A stretch of 64,000 bases of DNA from an uncultured Actinotalea sp. (GTDB taxonomy: Bacteria > Actinomycetota > Actinomycetes > Actinomycetales > Cellulomonadaceae), in NCBI GenBank assembly GCA_964349585.1, contig CAYGGX010000001.1, forward strand, positions 11,688 through 75,687. Reading direction: 5' to 3'. The translations under genes were made by a program, and so were the position numbers. Positions 42,024-51,800 of this stretch are shown here, one piece after another; within the stretch, counting starts at the first letter, position 1; every line of letters begins with the position of its first letter. The notes beneath the pieces are model-generated. The model saw nothing but the letters and a program-made list of their open reading frames with translations, searched no databases and had not been told where the DNA came from.

Positions 42024-42962
42024 ATGAGCGCGCTGCCCGGGGTGTCCGAGACCTTCGACGAGGCCCGGTGGCGCGTCGTCGACGGGTTCGACCTGACCGA
42101 CATCACCTACCACCGCGGGGTCGAGCGGGGCGACGACGGCGTGCGCGACCTGCCGGTGGTGCGCGTCGCCCTCGACCGGCCCGAGGTGCGCAACGCCTTC
42201 CGGCCGCACACCGTGGACGAGCTGTACCGGGTGCTAGATCACGCGCGGATGAGCCCGGACGTGGCGGCGGTGCTGCTCACCGGGAACGGCCCGAGCCCCG
42301 CGGACGGCGGCTGGGCCTTCAGCTCCGGCGGGGACCAGCGGATCCGGGGCCGCGACGGCTACCGGTACGCCGACGGCGAGGAGGCGGACTCCGTCGACCC
42401 GGCGAGCGCGGGGCGGCTGCACATCCTCGAGGTGCAGCGGCTGATCCGGACCATGCCGAAGGTCGTGATCGCCGTCGTGGACGGCTGGGCCGCGGGCGGC
42501 GGTCACTCCCTGCACGTGGTGTGCGACCTGACGATCGCCTGCCGCGAGCACGGCAGGTTCAAGCAGACGGACGCCGACGTCGGCTCGTTCGACGGCGGGT
42601 ACGGCTCCGCGCTGCTCGCCCGACAGGTCGGGCAGAAGCGGGCCCGGGAGATCTTCTTCCTCGCCAGGGAGTACTCCGCCGACGACGCCGCCGCCTGGGG
42701 CGCGGTGAACGAGGTCGCCGCGCACGACGACGTCGAGGGGCTCGCCTGGTCCTACGCCCGGACGATCGCGACGAAATCGCCCCAGGCGATCCGGATGCTG
42801 AAGTTCGCCCTCAACCTGCCCGACGACGGCCTTGCCGGCCAGCAGGTGTTCGCCGGCGAGGCGACACGGTTGGCGTACATGACGGACGAGGCGGTCGAGG
42901 GGCGCGACGCGTTCCTGGCCAAGCGGCCGCCGGACTGGTCGGCGTTCCCCTACTACTTCTGA
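42024..42962 (+). CDS. menB: 1,4-dihydroxy-2-naphthoyl-CoA synthase
   Basis: RPEVRNAFRP, FSSGGDQRIRG, GGGHSLHVVCD, DADVGSFDGGYGS. Confidence 0.96.
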   Translation: MSALPGVSETFDEARWRVVDGFDLTDITYHRGVERGDDGVRDLPVVRVALDRPEVRNAFRPHTVDELYRVLDHARMSPDVAAVLLTGNGPSPADGGWAFSSGGDQRIRGRDGYRYADGEEADSVDPASAGRLHILEVQRLIRTMPKVVIAVVDGWAAGGGHSLHVVCDLTIACREHGRFKQTDADVGSFDGGYGSALLARQVGQKRAREIFFLAREYSADDAAAWGAVNEVAAHDDVEGLAWSYARTIATKSPQAIRMLKFALNLPDDGLAGQQVFAGEATRLAYMTDEAVEGRDAFLAKRPPDWSAFPYYF

Positions 42963-42966
42963 GCGC

Positions 42967-43161
42967 TCAGCTCGACAGGAACCAGACACCGAAGTCGAGC
43001 AGGCTGCGCAGCGCGAGCGAGCCGGCGATCATCACGCCGAAGAGCAGCGCGACCGCGACGGCCACCGGGATGGTGGTGCGCAGGTGCGCCCGGGCGTCGT
43101 CGTCGCGGGCCGGGAGGTCGTCCAGGTGCCGGATGTCGTGCGGGGCGGTGATCTGTGCCAT
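42967..43161 (-). CDS. Small hypothetical membrane protein (64 aa)
   Basis: ATG 43161 with CACGCT 6 nt upstream; single hydrophobic C-terminal segment. Confidence 0.5.
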   Translation of the reverse strand: MAQITAPHDIRHLDDLPARDDDARAHLRTTIPVAVAVALLFGVMIAGSLALRSLLDFGVWFLSS

Positions 43162-43298
43162 GCCCCCAGCGTGCGCGTCGGCACCCCGCGGGCACATCGG
43201 TCCGGCGACCGGTCTCCGGGGCCCGCCGATGGGCCGCAGGTCTCAGCGCGGCCGACCCGCCTCATCCTCAGGTCGTAGCCGGCCGTCCACCCCAGCGC

Positions 43299-44414
43299 TC
43301 AGCCGATGGTCAGCGAACCCTTCCCGGCTGGGACGAGCTCGACCCACGTGTTGCCCGGCGCGAGCAGCGCCGGTGCGCCATCTGGCAGGAAGAGCTGCAG
43401 CGGGGCGTCCGCCGCGGCCTTGCTCCATCGCACCGCGACGGTCATCCCGCCGGTCGCGAGCACCGCGTCACCCTCGCCCACCAGCTCGTAAGTCGGCACG
43501 GGCGCGCCGCCCTGGGCGCCGAACCCGCTGTTCGGGTGGCCGGCTGTGATCGCCACAACGTTGACCGCAGCAAGCCGGTTCCCGGCGGCGTCGGTGGCCG
43601 CCGACGAGCCCTCGGACCGCAGCCACGTCCCGCTCGCCGCGTCCCACGACCAGGACGGCTGGGCCTGCCCGGAGAGGCGGAGACTGAGAGTGGTCGCGGG
43701 CGCGCCCAGCCGGACGGCGCTCGCGAGCGTCGGCCGCAGCGCGAAGGCGAACTGCTCCCCCGGCGGCGCGCTGTGGTCGGCGTCCGCCTGGTCGAAGAAT
43801 GCCTGCATGTTGCCGTAGACGTTGTGCGGTGCCGCGCGCCGGCTCACGCGGTAGAGGCCGGCGTCCCCGGCGTCGTGGCTGACCTCCTGAATGGTCAAGT
43901 TGCGCACCAGGTTCAGGATCCCGGGCTGGCCACCGGAGTAGACGAGGAGCCCGCGCAGCGGGGCCGTGACCAGCGGGTCCATCGGCCGCACCGACCGGAT
44001 CGGACCGACCTCCTCAGGGACCTGGGAGTGGTACACCGCGATCAGCCGGGAGACCTCGAACTCGACGATGGTCTCCCACACGACGTCCGCGCTCTCCAGG
44101 CCGGACTGCGGCCGGGCGGCACTGGTGTTCTCGATCTTCACCGCGACGGCCGGGCGCTGGGCGACCTCCTCGGTCGGCACTCCCGTGAGCGGCCAGACCA
44201 CCGGGATCTGCGGCTCGGGCGGCATGGCCCGGGCCGGGGAGATCGTCGGGGTGACGGTGATCGGCTCGGGCACCTCGGGCTCGGGCACCGTGCACGCGGT
44301 CGCGCCGACCAGCGCTACCAGCGTCACGGCCGCCAGGCGAACCGCAAGCCGTCGGGTGGGTCGGGTAGCCGCACGCCGGGGTCGCCCGGTTGCGGTCGCG
44401 CTCGAACGGGCCAC
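43299..44414 (-). CDS. DUF3048-type (YerB-like) lipoprotein
   Basis: Lipobox-like ATAC; WPLTG, AVKIEN...ARPQSGLESADVVWE, GPIRSVRP, APGNTWVELVP; GAGGAGGAG RBS. Confidence 0.8.
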   Translation of the reverse strand: MARSSATATGRPRRAATRPTRRLAVRLAAVTLVALVGATACTVPEPEVPEPITVTPTISPARAMPPEPQIPVVWPLTGVPTEEVAQRPAVAVKIENTSAARPQSGLESADVVWETIVEFEVSRLIAVYHSQVPEEVGPIRSVRPMDPLVTAPLRGLLVYSGGQPGILNLVRNLTIQEVSHDAGDAGLYRVSRRAAPHNVYGNMQAFFDQADADHSAPPGEQFAFALRPTLASAVRLGAPATTLSLRLSGQAQPSWSWDAASGTWLRSEGSSAATDAAGNRLAAVNVVAITAGHPNSGFGAQGGAPVPTYELVGEGDAVLATGGMTVAVRWSKAAADAPLQLFLPDGAPALLAPGNTWVELVPAGKGSLTIG

Positions 44415-44504
44415 GACAGTGCTCCTCCTCGCCGAATTCCGGCTGTCCCGGGACGGAAGTGCGCCGTCCCGGGGTTCACTGTACGGCGCACCTAGGGTGG
44501 GGAT

Positions 44505-45650
44505 GTGAATCGCCTGGTGCCGATGTACCTGGAGGCGCGGAACGACCTGAGCGCCGCGCACCTGGCGGCCCTGGCGGCGGCCCTGGACGGCTCCGGGCCC
44601 GCCGTCGCCCCGACGAGCGCGGCTCTCACCGAGCGCGAGGTGCCCGACGGCGTCGCGGCGGTGGTCAGGACTTCCGGGTCCGGTGGGGAACCGCGGGAGG
44701 TCATGCTCGGCGCCGCCGCGCTGGAGTCCTCCGCCCGGGCGGCCCACGACCGGCTCGGTGGCCCGGGGCGTTGGCTGCTCGCCCTGCCGCCGCAGCACGC
44801 GGCGGGCCTGCAGGTGATGGTCCGCTCGATCGTCGCCGGCACCGAGCCCGCCGTCCTGCCGGCCGTGACCGAGACGGACGTCCTTCGGGCGGCCCGCATC
44901 CCCGGCCTGCCCCTGTACGCGTCGCTCGTCCCGACCCAGCTGCACCGGATCCTCGCCGGCGCCGGCCCGGACGGCGCCCTGCCGCCCGCCCTGCGGCCCT
45001 GGGCGGACCTCGACGCGATCCTGGTCGGGGGCGCCGCCACCCCGCCGGGCCTGCTCGACCGGGCCAGGGCCGCGGGCCTGCGCGTCGTCACCACCTACGG
45101 GATGACCGAGACCTGCGGCGGTTGCGTGTACGACGGCGCGCCCCTGGCGGGCGTCCGGGTGCGGATCGACTCGGGTGCGATCCGCCTCGCGGGCCCCGTC
45201 CTCGCGCACGGCTATCTCGACCGCCCCGACCTGGACGCCGAGGCGTTCGAGACCGTCGACGGCATCCGGTGGTTCCGCACGGCTGACACCGGGCTCCTCG
45301 CCGACGACGGCGGGCTGCGCGTCCTCGGCCGCCTCGACGACGTGATAGTCACCGGCGGCGTCAAGGTCGCCCCGGTGTCCGTCGAGGAGCTGCTGTCGCT
45401 GGACCCGGACGTGGCCGAGGCCTGCGTGGTGCCTGTCGCCGACGCGGAGTGGGGTCAGGTGGTCGCGGCGGTCGTCGTGCCCGCGCCGGGATCGCCCGGA
45501 CCCGATCTCGACCGGCTGCGCGCGCTGGTCGGACGTACCCTGGGACCCGCCGCGGCGCCACGACGCCTCGTGATCACCGACGCGCTCCCGCAGCGGGGGC
45601 CCGGGAAGGTCGACCGCGCCGCGGCGGCGCGGCTCATCCCCGGAACCTGA
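44505..45650 (+). CDS. menE: o-succinylbenzoate--CoA ligase
   Basis: RTSGSGGEP, SLVPTQL, LVGGAA, TTYGMTETCGG, TADTG, GRLDDVIVTGGVKV, GKVDR. Confidence 0.9.
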   Translation: MNRLVPMYLEARNDLSAAHLAALAAALDGSGPAVAPTSAALTEREVPDGVAAVVRTSGSGGEPREVMLGAAALESSARAAHDRLGGPGRWLLALPPQHAAGLQVMVRSIVAGTEPAVLPAVTETDVLRAARIPGLPLYASLVPTQLHRILAGAGPDGALPPALRPWADLDAILVGGAATPPGLLDRARAAGLRVVTTYGMTETCGGCVYDGAPLAGVRVRIDSGAIRLAGPVLAHGYLDRPDLDAEAFETVDGIRWFRTADTGLLADDGGLRVLGRLDDVIVTGGVKVAPVSVEELLSLDPDVAEACVVPVADAEWGQVVAAVVVPAPGSPGPDLDRLRALVGRTLGPAAAPRRLVITDALPQRGPGKVDRAAAARLIPGT

Positions 45651-45658
45651 GGAGAGAC

Positions 45659-46528
45659 ATGGCCACCCCGGCGCAGTGGATCGAGGGCGCCCGGTTGCGC
45701 ACCCTTCCGGCGGCGGTGGCGCCCGTGCTGGTGGGGACCGGCGCGGCCGCGCAGCTGGGCTCCGCCTCGGTGGCCCGGGCCCTGCTGGCCGCGGGCGTCG
45801 CGCTGTCGCTCCAGGTTGGGGTCAACTTCGCCAACGACTACTCCGACGGCATCCGCGGCACCGACCTGAACCGGGTGGGGCCGATGCGGCTCACCGCCTC
45901 CGGGGCCGCGCGACCGGGTCAGGTGCGGGTCGCCGGGCTGCTCGCGCTCGGCGTCGGCGCGGTGCTCGGCCTCGTCCTCGTGGCGCTCACGGGACGCTGG
46001 TGGCTGCTGGTCGTCGGCGCCCTGGCGATCGCCGCGGCCTGGTTCTACACCGGGGGCCGTCGCCCCTACGGCTACCTCGGGCTCGGCGAGGTCGGCGTCT
46101 TCGTCTTCTTCGGGCTGGTGGCGGTGCTGGGCACCACTTACACGCAGGCGGACCGGATCTCGTGGCCGGCCGTCGCCGGCGCCGTCGGCATCGGCCTGCT
46201 CGCATGCGCCCTGCTCACCGTGAACAACATCCGCGACGTGCCCGGCGACGCGCTGAGCGGCAAGCGGACCCTCGCGGTGCGGATCGGCGAGCACCGGGCT
46301 CGCCGGGTGTATGTGTGGCTGCTCGCGTCAGCCCTGCTCGTCGGCCTGGCGTGCGCCGTCGTCGCCCCGGGCGTCCTGCTACTGCTCCTACTCGTGGCGC
46401 CCGCAGGCGTGCTCGCGACGACCGTCCTGCTCGGCGCCCGGGGGGTGCTGCTCGCCCCCGTGCTAGTCGGCACCGGGCTGCTGGAGCTCGGCTACGGCGT
46501 GCTGCTCGGGCTCGGCCTAGCCATCTGA
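45659..46528 (+). CDS. menA: 1,4-dihydroxy-2-naphthoate polyprenyltransferase
   Basis: GARLRTLPAA, QVGVNFANDYSDGIRGTD, NNIRDVPGDALSGKRTLAV. Confidence 0.95.
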   Translation: MATPAQWIEGARLRTLPAAVAPVLVGTGAAAQLGSASVARALLAAGVALSLQVGVNFANDYSDGIRGTDLNRVGPMRLTASGAARPGQVRVAGLLALGVGAVLGLVLVALTGRWWLLVVGALAIAAAWFYTGGRRPYGYLGLGEVGVFVFFGLVAVLGTTYTQADRISWPAVAGAVGIGLLACALLTVNNIRDVPGDALSGKRTLAVRIGEHRARRVYVWLLASALLVGLACAVVAPGVLLLLLLVAPAGVLATTVLLGARGVLLAPVLVGTGLLELGYGVLLGLGLAI

Positions 46529-46789
46529 CCGGCCCTCGGCCGCCGCGTCCTCCGCCGCCGCATCGGCCTCGACGGTCGGCGAGAACCGTGGCCGTCCCGC
46601 TGACCGGCGGTCCGCGATCCACCTGGCGGCCGCGTCGCGACGCGCGGCGAGCAGCACATACGACAGGGCCCAGGCGACCACCGCGGCGAGCACCACCAGC
46701 AGCCAACCGCCCATCCCCGCCAGCCACAGCCCGACGAGGGCGAGGGCGAAGAGCCCCAGTCGCAGCACCGAGTAGATGATCACGGGCAT
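46517..46789 (-). CDS. Small membrane protein (DUF4229-like)
   Basis: YSVLRLGLF...ALSYVLL two-TM pattern; TAGGCT 6 nt before ATG. Confidence 0.7.
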   Translation of the reverse strand: MPVIIYSVLRLGLFALALVGLWLAGMGGWLLVVLAAVVAWALSYVLLAARRDAAARWIADRRSAGRPRFSPTVEADAAAEDAAAEGRSDG

Positions 46790-46825
46790 GCTGCCAGCCT
46801 AGGCGAGCCGACATAGGCTGGGGGC

Positions 46826-47209
46826 ATGAGGCTGATGGTCTACGTTGTTCCGCTGGCGTTGGCGATCTATGCCCTGATCGACTTCTCCCGCAGCGAGCCG
46901 TCCGAGCGCGCCGGCATCCGCCCGCTGGCCTGGTTGGCGATCATCGTCCTGCTGCCGGTGGTCGGCCCGATCACCTGGATCGTGGTCAGCCGCACCCAGG
47001 GCCAGGCGCGGGGCGGGGCGGCGCGCCGGCCGTCCGGGCCCAACCCCCGCACGTGGCCGGTGCGCAGGCCCAGGCCCAAGGCGCCCGACGACGACCCGAA
47101 CTTCCTGTGGCGACTCGAGCAGCAGCGCCGTCGTGCCCGCGGCACGGGCGGGGATCCCGCAGGCAACCCGCCGGAGGCCAACCCGCCGGACGAGTCACCC
47201 GACGCCTGA
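46826..47209 (+). CDS. PLDc N-terminal domain-containing membrane protein
   Basis: YALID...W...IIVLLPVVGPITW and APDDDPNFL motifs; TAGGCT 6 nt before ATG. Confidence 0.78.
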   Translation: MRLMVYVVPLALAIYALIDFSRSEPSERAGIRPLAWLAIIVLLPVVGPITWIVVSRTQGQARGGAARRPSGPNPRTWPVRRPRPKAPDDDPNFLWRLEQQRRRARGTGGDPAGNPPEANPPDESPDA

Positions 47210-47236
47210 GCGCCGGCGCCCAGGGCCGGCCGACGC

Positions 47237-48187
47237 TCACAGCCCGCTGTAGCTGTGCAGCCCCTGGAACAGCAGGTTCACGCCGGTGAAGTTGAACAGC
47301 ACTGTGGCGTACCCGACCAGCACGAACCACGCCGCGCGGCGCCCGGACCAGCCGACCGTCGTCCGGGCGTGCAGGTAGCCGGCGTACACGAGCCACACCA
47401 CTAGGCTCCACGTCTCCTTGGGGTCCCACCCCCAGAACCGGCCCCACGCGTGCTCGGCCCAGATCGCGCCGGCCATCACCGTGAAGGTCCACAGCACGAA
47501 GCCGACGGCCGTCAGTCGGAACGACAGCGCCTCGAGGTCCCGGGCCGGTGGCACCGCGTCCAGCAGCCGCCACCGCGACCCCGCGAGGCGGACGGACCCG
47601 GCCGTCCTGGAGTCCTTCAGGAGCTGCAGCGCGCTCGACGCGAAGGACACGGTGAACAGCCCGGTCGCGATCGTTGCGATCGAGACGTGGATGACCAGCC
47701 AGTAGCTCTGCAACGCGGGCTCGACGGCGTCGGCCGGCACGTAGAAGGCCGCCAGGCCCAGGCCCAGGGCCACCACCACGAGGCCGACGACGATCGTGCC
47801 GAGGAACCGCACGTCCCGCCAGCGGGTGAGCGCGAGGAAGGTCCCGACCGCGACGAGCGTGCCCATCAGGGTGAACTCGTACATGTTCACCCACGGAACC
47901 CGCCCGGCCGCGACCCCGCGGAGCACGTTGCCGGCAAGGTGGAGGCCGAACCCCAGCGTCGTGGTCGCCATCGCGATGCCCACGGCCCGCCCGCGGGACC
48001 CGACGGGCGGCGGCGCCTCCGACGCGGCGTCCGCCGGGACACCGGCCGCCCTCGCGCCCACGGCCGCCGGTCGCCGCTGCGATCGATCCGCCAGGCGGGA
48101 CAGGTCAACGGCGAAGCCGACGAACCCGATCGCGTACGCGGTGGTGGCGCCCCACACCAGCATCGTGCTGAGCTCACCCAGGCCCAT
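47237..48187 (-). CDS. ccsB: Cytochrome c biogenesis protein, system II (CcsB/ResC)
   Basis: PWVNMYEF, LQSYWLVIHV, WAEHAWGRFWGWDPKETW, GLHSY. Confidence 0.95.
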   Translation of the reverse strand: MGLGELSTMLVWGATTAYAIGFVGFAVDLSRLADRSQRRPAAVGARAAGVPADAASEAPPPVGSRGRAVGIAMATTTLGFGLHLAGNVLRGVAAGRVPWVNMYEFTLMGTLVAVGTFLALTRWRDVRFLGTIVVGLVVVALGLGLAAFYVPADAVEPALQSYWLVIHVSIATIATGLFTVSFASSALQLLKDSRTAGSVRLAGSRWRLLDAVPPARDLEALSFRLTAVGFVLWTFTVMAGAIWAEHAWGRFWGWDPKETWSLVVWLVYAGYLHARTTVGWSGRRAAWFVLVGYATVLFNFTGVNLLFQGLHSYSGL

Positions 48188-49742
48188 CGTCCGCCCTTCC
48201 GTCGCCGGCCGCCCGCACCGCGGCCAGCACCTTGGTCAGCTCGCCGCTCAGCCCCACGTCGTCCCCGCGGGCCAGTGCCGCGGCGTCGACCATCGTACGT
48301 CCGTCGGCCGAGGCCACCCGGAGCCAGACGCGGCGCCGGGGCGTGAACAGGGAGACGATCAGGCCCGCGAGACCCGCGATCGAGAACCCCAGGATCCAGC
48401 CCAGGGCCGGGTCGTGCCGCAGGTCCAGCGCGACGAAGCGGGGCAGGGACTCCCAGGTGAACGTGCCGAGCCCGCCGGGAAGGTCGACGGTCTGGCCGGG
48501 CTCGACGAAGAACGTCGTCGGCGTGCCGTCGGCCTCGAGCACCTGCTCCATGTCCTCGTCGTCGAGCTCGTAGACGTTCTGCGGCACCCCGGTGTCGAGA
48601 CCCAGGTCCCCCCGCCAGACCGTGAGCACCAGGAGCGGGTTGTCCGGTTGCGGGTGCACGGAGGCGGCCCCGACCGGCGTCACCACGGCGGTCGGGAGCA
48701 GGTAGCCGACGATCCCGATCTGATCGCCGACGGAGACGTCCGGGACCTTGATCACGCCCCGGGAGGTGTACCGGTCGTCCTCGGGCAGGAACGGGACGGC
48801 ACCGGCGAACGCCACCTCGCCCGCGGAGTCGAGCACCGTCACCCGCGGCGCGAACCCGTTGCCCTGCAGGTAGACCTTGGCCCCGCCGACCGAGAGCGGA
48901 TGGTTCACCCGGATCACGGCCGACCGCTCGGGCTCGCCCGGCTCCCGGACGCTCACCTGAGCCCGGAAGTCCCGCGGCCGTCCCTCGGCGGTGAACTCGG
49001 ACGTGAACTCGTCCAGGCGGAGCGTGAAGGGCACGAGCGAGCTTGGACTGAAGGCCGTCCCCGCGACGAAGGTGTCGTAGTCGGTGACGGCGTTGGCGAA
49101 CCCCCGCCCCTCGACCACCAGCGCCTGTCCCCGGTAGTGCAGCAGCTGCCCCGTTGCGACCGCGACCAGCAGGCCGACGAGGGCCAGGTGGAACACCAGG
49201 TTCCCGCTCTCGCGCAGGTATCCGCGCTCGGCGCTGACCGTGCGCGTCCCGTCCGGCTCGGTCGCCAGCCGCACCCGGAAGCGGGGCAACAGGCGCACCG
49301 GACCCACGAGCGCCGCCCGCGCGGCGTCGACCACCTCGCCCGGCGGGACGCCGGTGGTCATCCGGTCCCGGACGGCGAACCTGTCGAATCGGCGGGGCAC
49401 GCGCGGCGGGGGCGCGAGCAACGCCCGCAGGTGCTGACCCACCCGCGGGACGATGCAGCCGATCAGCGAGACGAAGAGCAGCAGGTAGACGGCGGAGAAC
49501 CACACGGACGCGTACACGTCGAACAGCCCGAGGCGGTCCAGCCAGACCCCGAGCGACGGGTTGTCGGCGAGGTACCTGGCGACGGCCGACGGGTCCTGCG
49601 GGCGCTGCGGTAGCAGCGATCCCGGCACCGCGACGATCGCCAGCAGCATGAGCAGCATCAGCGCCACCCGCATGCTGGTGAGCTGGCGCCAGGTCCAGCG
49701 CAGCAGACCGACGGCACCGATCGGCGGCGCTGGCTCGGCCAT
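48174..49742 (-). CDS. resB: Cytochrome c biogenesis protein ResB
   Basis: WRQLTSMRVAL, GNLVFHLAL, VIRVNHPL, RRRVW; ATG 49742. Confidence 0.92.
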   Translation of the reverse strand: MAEPAPPIGAVGLLRWTWRQLTSMRVALMLLMLLAIVAVPGSLLPQRPQDPSAVARYLADNPSLGVWLDRLGLFDVYASVWFSAVYLLLFVSLIGCIVPRVGQHLRALLAPPPRVPRRFDRFAVRDRMTTGVPPGEVVDAARAALVGPVRLLPRFRVRLATEPDGTRTVSAERGYLRESGNLVFHLALVGLLVAVATGQLLHYRGQALVVEGRGFANAVTDYDTFVAGTAFSPSSLVPFTLRLDEFTSEFTAEGRPRDFRAQVSVREPGEPERSAVIRVNHPLSVGGAKVYLQGNGFAPRVTVLDSAGEVAFAGAVPFLPEDDRYTSRGVIKVPDVSVGDQIGIVGYLLPTAVVTPVGAASVHPQPDNPLLVLTVWRGDLGLDTGVPQNVYELDDEDMEQVLEADGTPTTFFVEPGQTVDLPGGLGTFTWESLPRFVALDLRHDPALGWILGFSIAGLAGLIVSLFTPRRRVWLRVASADGRTMVDAAALARGDDVGLSGELTKVLAAVRAAGDGRADDGPG

Positions 49743-50578
49743 CACACGACCGTCTCGAAGCCGCCGATGAGCCCGGTCAGCGCGCCGGTGAACGCCGACC
49801 ACAGCCCGGTGACCAGCGCCAGCCCGACGAGCACCAGCAGGCCCCCGCCGACCCGCATGATCGTCAGTCGGTGGCGGCGCAGGAACCCGACGGCCCGGGC
49901 CGACCTGTCGAAGCCCAGCGCGATGAGCAGGAACGGGAGCCCGAGGCCTAGGCAGTACGCGACCGACAGCGCGGCACCCCGGCCGGCCGAACCCTCATCG
50001 AGCGCAAGCGTGTACACCGCGACCAGGGTCGGGCCGATGCAGGGCGTCCAACCAAGGCCGAACACGATGCCCAGCACCGGCGCGCCCCAAAGCCCGGTTG
50101 CGGGCGCGATCCGCGGCTTCGCGGTGCGCTGTGCGAACGGCAGCCACCCGATGAAGACCAGACCCATCCCGACGACGACGACGCCGAGCACCCGGGTGAG
50201 CACGTCGCTCCACTGCGCGACCAGCCCACCGAGCGACCCGGCCAGCACCCCGAAGGCGACGAAGACCACGGTGAACCCGCCCACGAACAGCGCGACGCCG
50301 GCAACCACCCTGCTCCGGGGCGCAACGAGCGCAGGCGCGCGGCCGGGCGGGACAGGGGCGTGCCCGGCCGCGTGGGACCCGGGCGGGACAGGGCCACGGC
50401 GAGCCCCACCGGACCCGACCATCCCGCTGACATACCCGAGGTACCCGGGCACCAGCGGCAGCACGCACGGCGAGGCGAACGAGACCAGCCCGGCCAGCAC
50501 CGCCAGCGGGAGGGCGAGCAGCATGGACCCGTCCAGCACCGTCGCCTGGATGTCACCGACGAGCCCGAGCAGCGTCAC
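49742..50578 (-). CDS. ccdA: Cytochrome c biogenesis protein CcdA
   Basis: SFASPCVLPLVPGY and GWTPCIGPTL; GTG 50578. Confidence 0.93.
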   Translation of the reverse strand: MTLLGLVGDIQATVLDGSMLLALPLAVLAGLVSFASPCVLPLVPGYLGYVSGMVGSGGARRGPVPPGSHAAGHAPVPPGRAPALVAPRSRVVAGVALFVGGFTVVFVAFGVLAGSLGGLVAQWSDVLTRVLGVVVVGMGLVFIGWLPFAQRTAKPRIAPATGLWGAPVLGIVFGLGWTPCIGPTLVAVYTLALDEGSAGRGAALSVAYCLGLGLPFLLIALGFDRSARAVGFLRRHRLTIMRVGGGLLVLVGLALVTGLWSAFTGALTGLIGGFETVV

Positions 50579-51168
50579 GCGGCCTCCGCCAGCAGCTCGT
50601 CGATCAGCGCGCGCATCGTGCTCGGGTCGATCACGCCGAGGACGCGGGCGGCCACCATCCCGGAGCGATCCAGCAGCACCGTCGTCGGGACCGCCTGCAC
50701 CGGCACGACGCCCTGCAACGCGGCAACTGCGGAGCCGTCGGCGTCGTGCACCGACGGGTACGGGATCGAGAAGGTGCGCTCGAAGGCCTGCGCGGCTCCG
50801 GCGTCGTCGGTCGAGTTGATGCCCAGCAGGTGGACCCCCGCATCGGCGTAGTCCTCGGCCAGGGCGACGAGGTCCGTTGCCTCCGCGCGGCAGGGCGGGC
50901 AGGCGGCGTACCACGTGTTCAGCACGACGACGTCGCCGCGCCAGCCGGCCAGGTCGATCGGCTCCCCCGCGAAGTCGACGCCGACGACCTCCACGGGGCC
51001 CGTGCGGTCCGCGGGCTCCCAGGTGGTCACGGACCGGTCGCCGGACACGTAGCCGGTCGGCTCGCCGGAGTCGTCCCAGCCCCCGGTGATCGTCGGCGTG
51101 CAGCCGACCAGGCCGAGCGCCCCCGCCACGGTGAGCGCCGCCAGGATCCGCCGAGGCCGCACCCTCAC
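50575..51168 (-). CDS. resA: TlpA/ResA thiol-disulfide oxidoreductase lipoprotein
   Basis: Lipobox LVGC; NTWYAACPPCRAE; AVPTT. Confidence 0.88.
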   Translation of the reverse strand: MRVRPRRILAALTVAGALGLVGCTPTITGGWDDSGEPTGYVSGDRSVTTWEPADRTGPVEVVGVDFAGEPIDLAGWRGDVVVLNTWYAACPPCRAEATDLVALAEDYADAGVHLLGINSTDDAGAAQAFERTFSIPYPSVHDADGSAVAALQGVVPVQAVPTTVLLDRSGMVAARVLGVIDPSTMRALIDELLAEAA

Positions 51169-51800
51169 GCCCCGGGGACGACTGGGGCGTCGGGCAGCAG
51201 GTCCCCGGCGGGCTCGGAGTAGCTGATCTCCAGGCTGCCGTCCGTCCAACGCAGCGACGTCAGCGAGGCGAGGGTGCACTCCCGCCGCCGCGGGTCGTGC
51301 CAGAGCCGCCGACCCTCCAGAGACTGCCGGGTCACCCAGATCGGCAGCTGGTGGCTCACCACGACCGCCTCGTGGCCCTCCGCGGCGTCCCGGGCGGCCG
51401 CCACGGCGGCGAGCATCCGCGCCACCTGCTGGCGGTACGGCTCACCCCACGACGGCCGGAACGGGTTCCACAGGAACCGCCAGTGCCGCGGCCTGCGGAG
51501 CGAGCCGTCGCCGACGCCGAACGTCATGCCCTCGAAGTGGTTCGACGCCTCCACGAGGCGATCGTCGACGTGCGCGGTCAGGCCGAGCGCCTCGGCGATC
51601 GGCGCCGCGGTCTGGCGGGCGCGCTGGAGCGGCGAGGTGACCAGGTGGACGACGTCGTGCCCGGCCAGATGCTCGGCGACGCGCCGGGCCATCTCGTGGC
51701 CCCGCTCCGAGAGCCCGAACCCGTCGAGGCGGCCGTAGACCACGCCCGACGGGTTGTGCACCTCGCCGTGGCGCAGCAGATGAACCGTCGTCGTGGTCAT
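51165..51800 (-). CDS. Histidine phosphatase family protein
   Basis: LLRHGEVHNP, SPLQRARQTA, VSHQLPIW. Confidence 0.9.
   Translation of the reverse strand: MTTTTVHLLRHGEVHNPSGVVYGRLDGFGLSERGHEMARRVAEHLAGHDVVHLVTSPLQRARQTAAPIAEALGLTAHVDDRLVEASNHFEGMTFGVGDGSLRRPRHWRFLWNPFRPSWGEPYRQQVARMLAAVAAARDAAEGHEAVVVSHQLPIWVTRQSLEGRRLWHDPRRRECTLASLTSLRWTDGSLEISYSEPAGDLLPDAPVVPGA

Noticed and set aside
37559-46528. Absence of menH and menI from the men cluster
   Set aside because: These genes are commonly unlinked or unrecognised in Actinobacteria; uninformative without the whole genome
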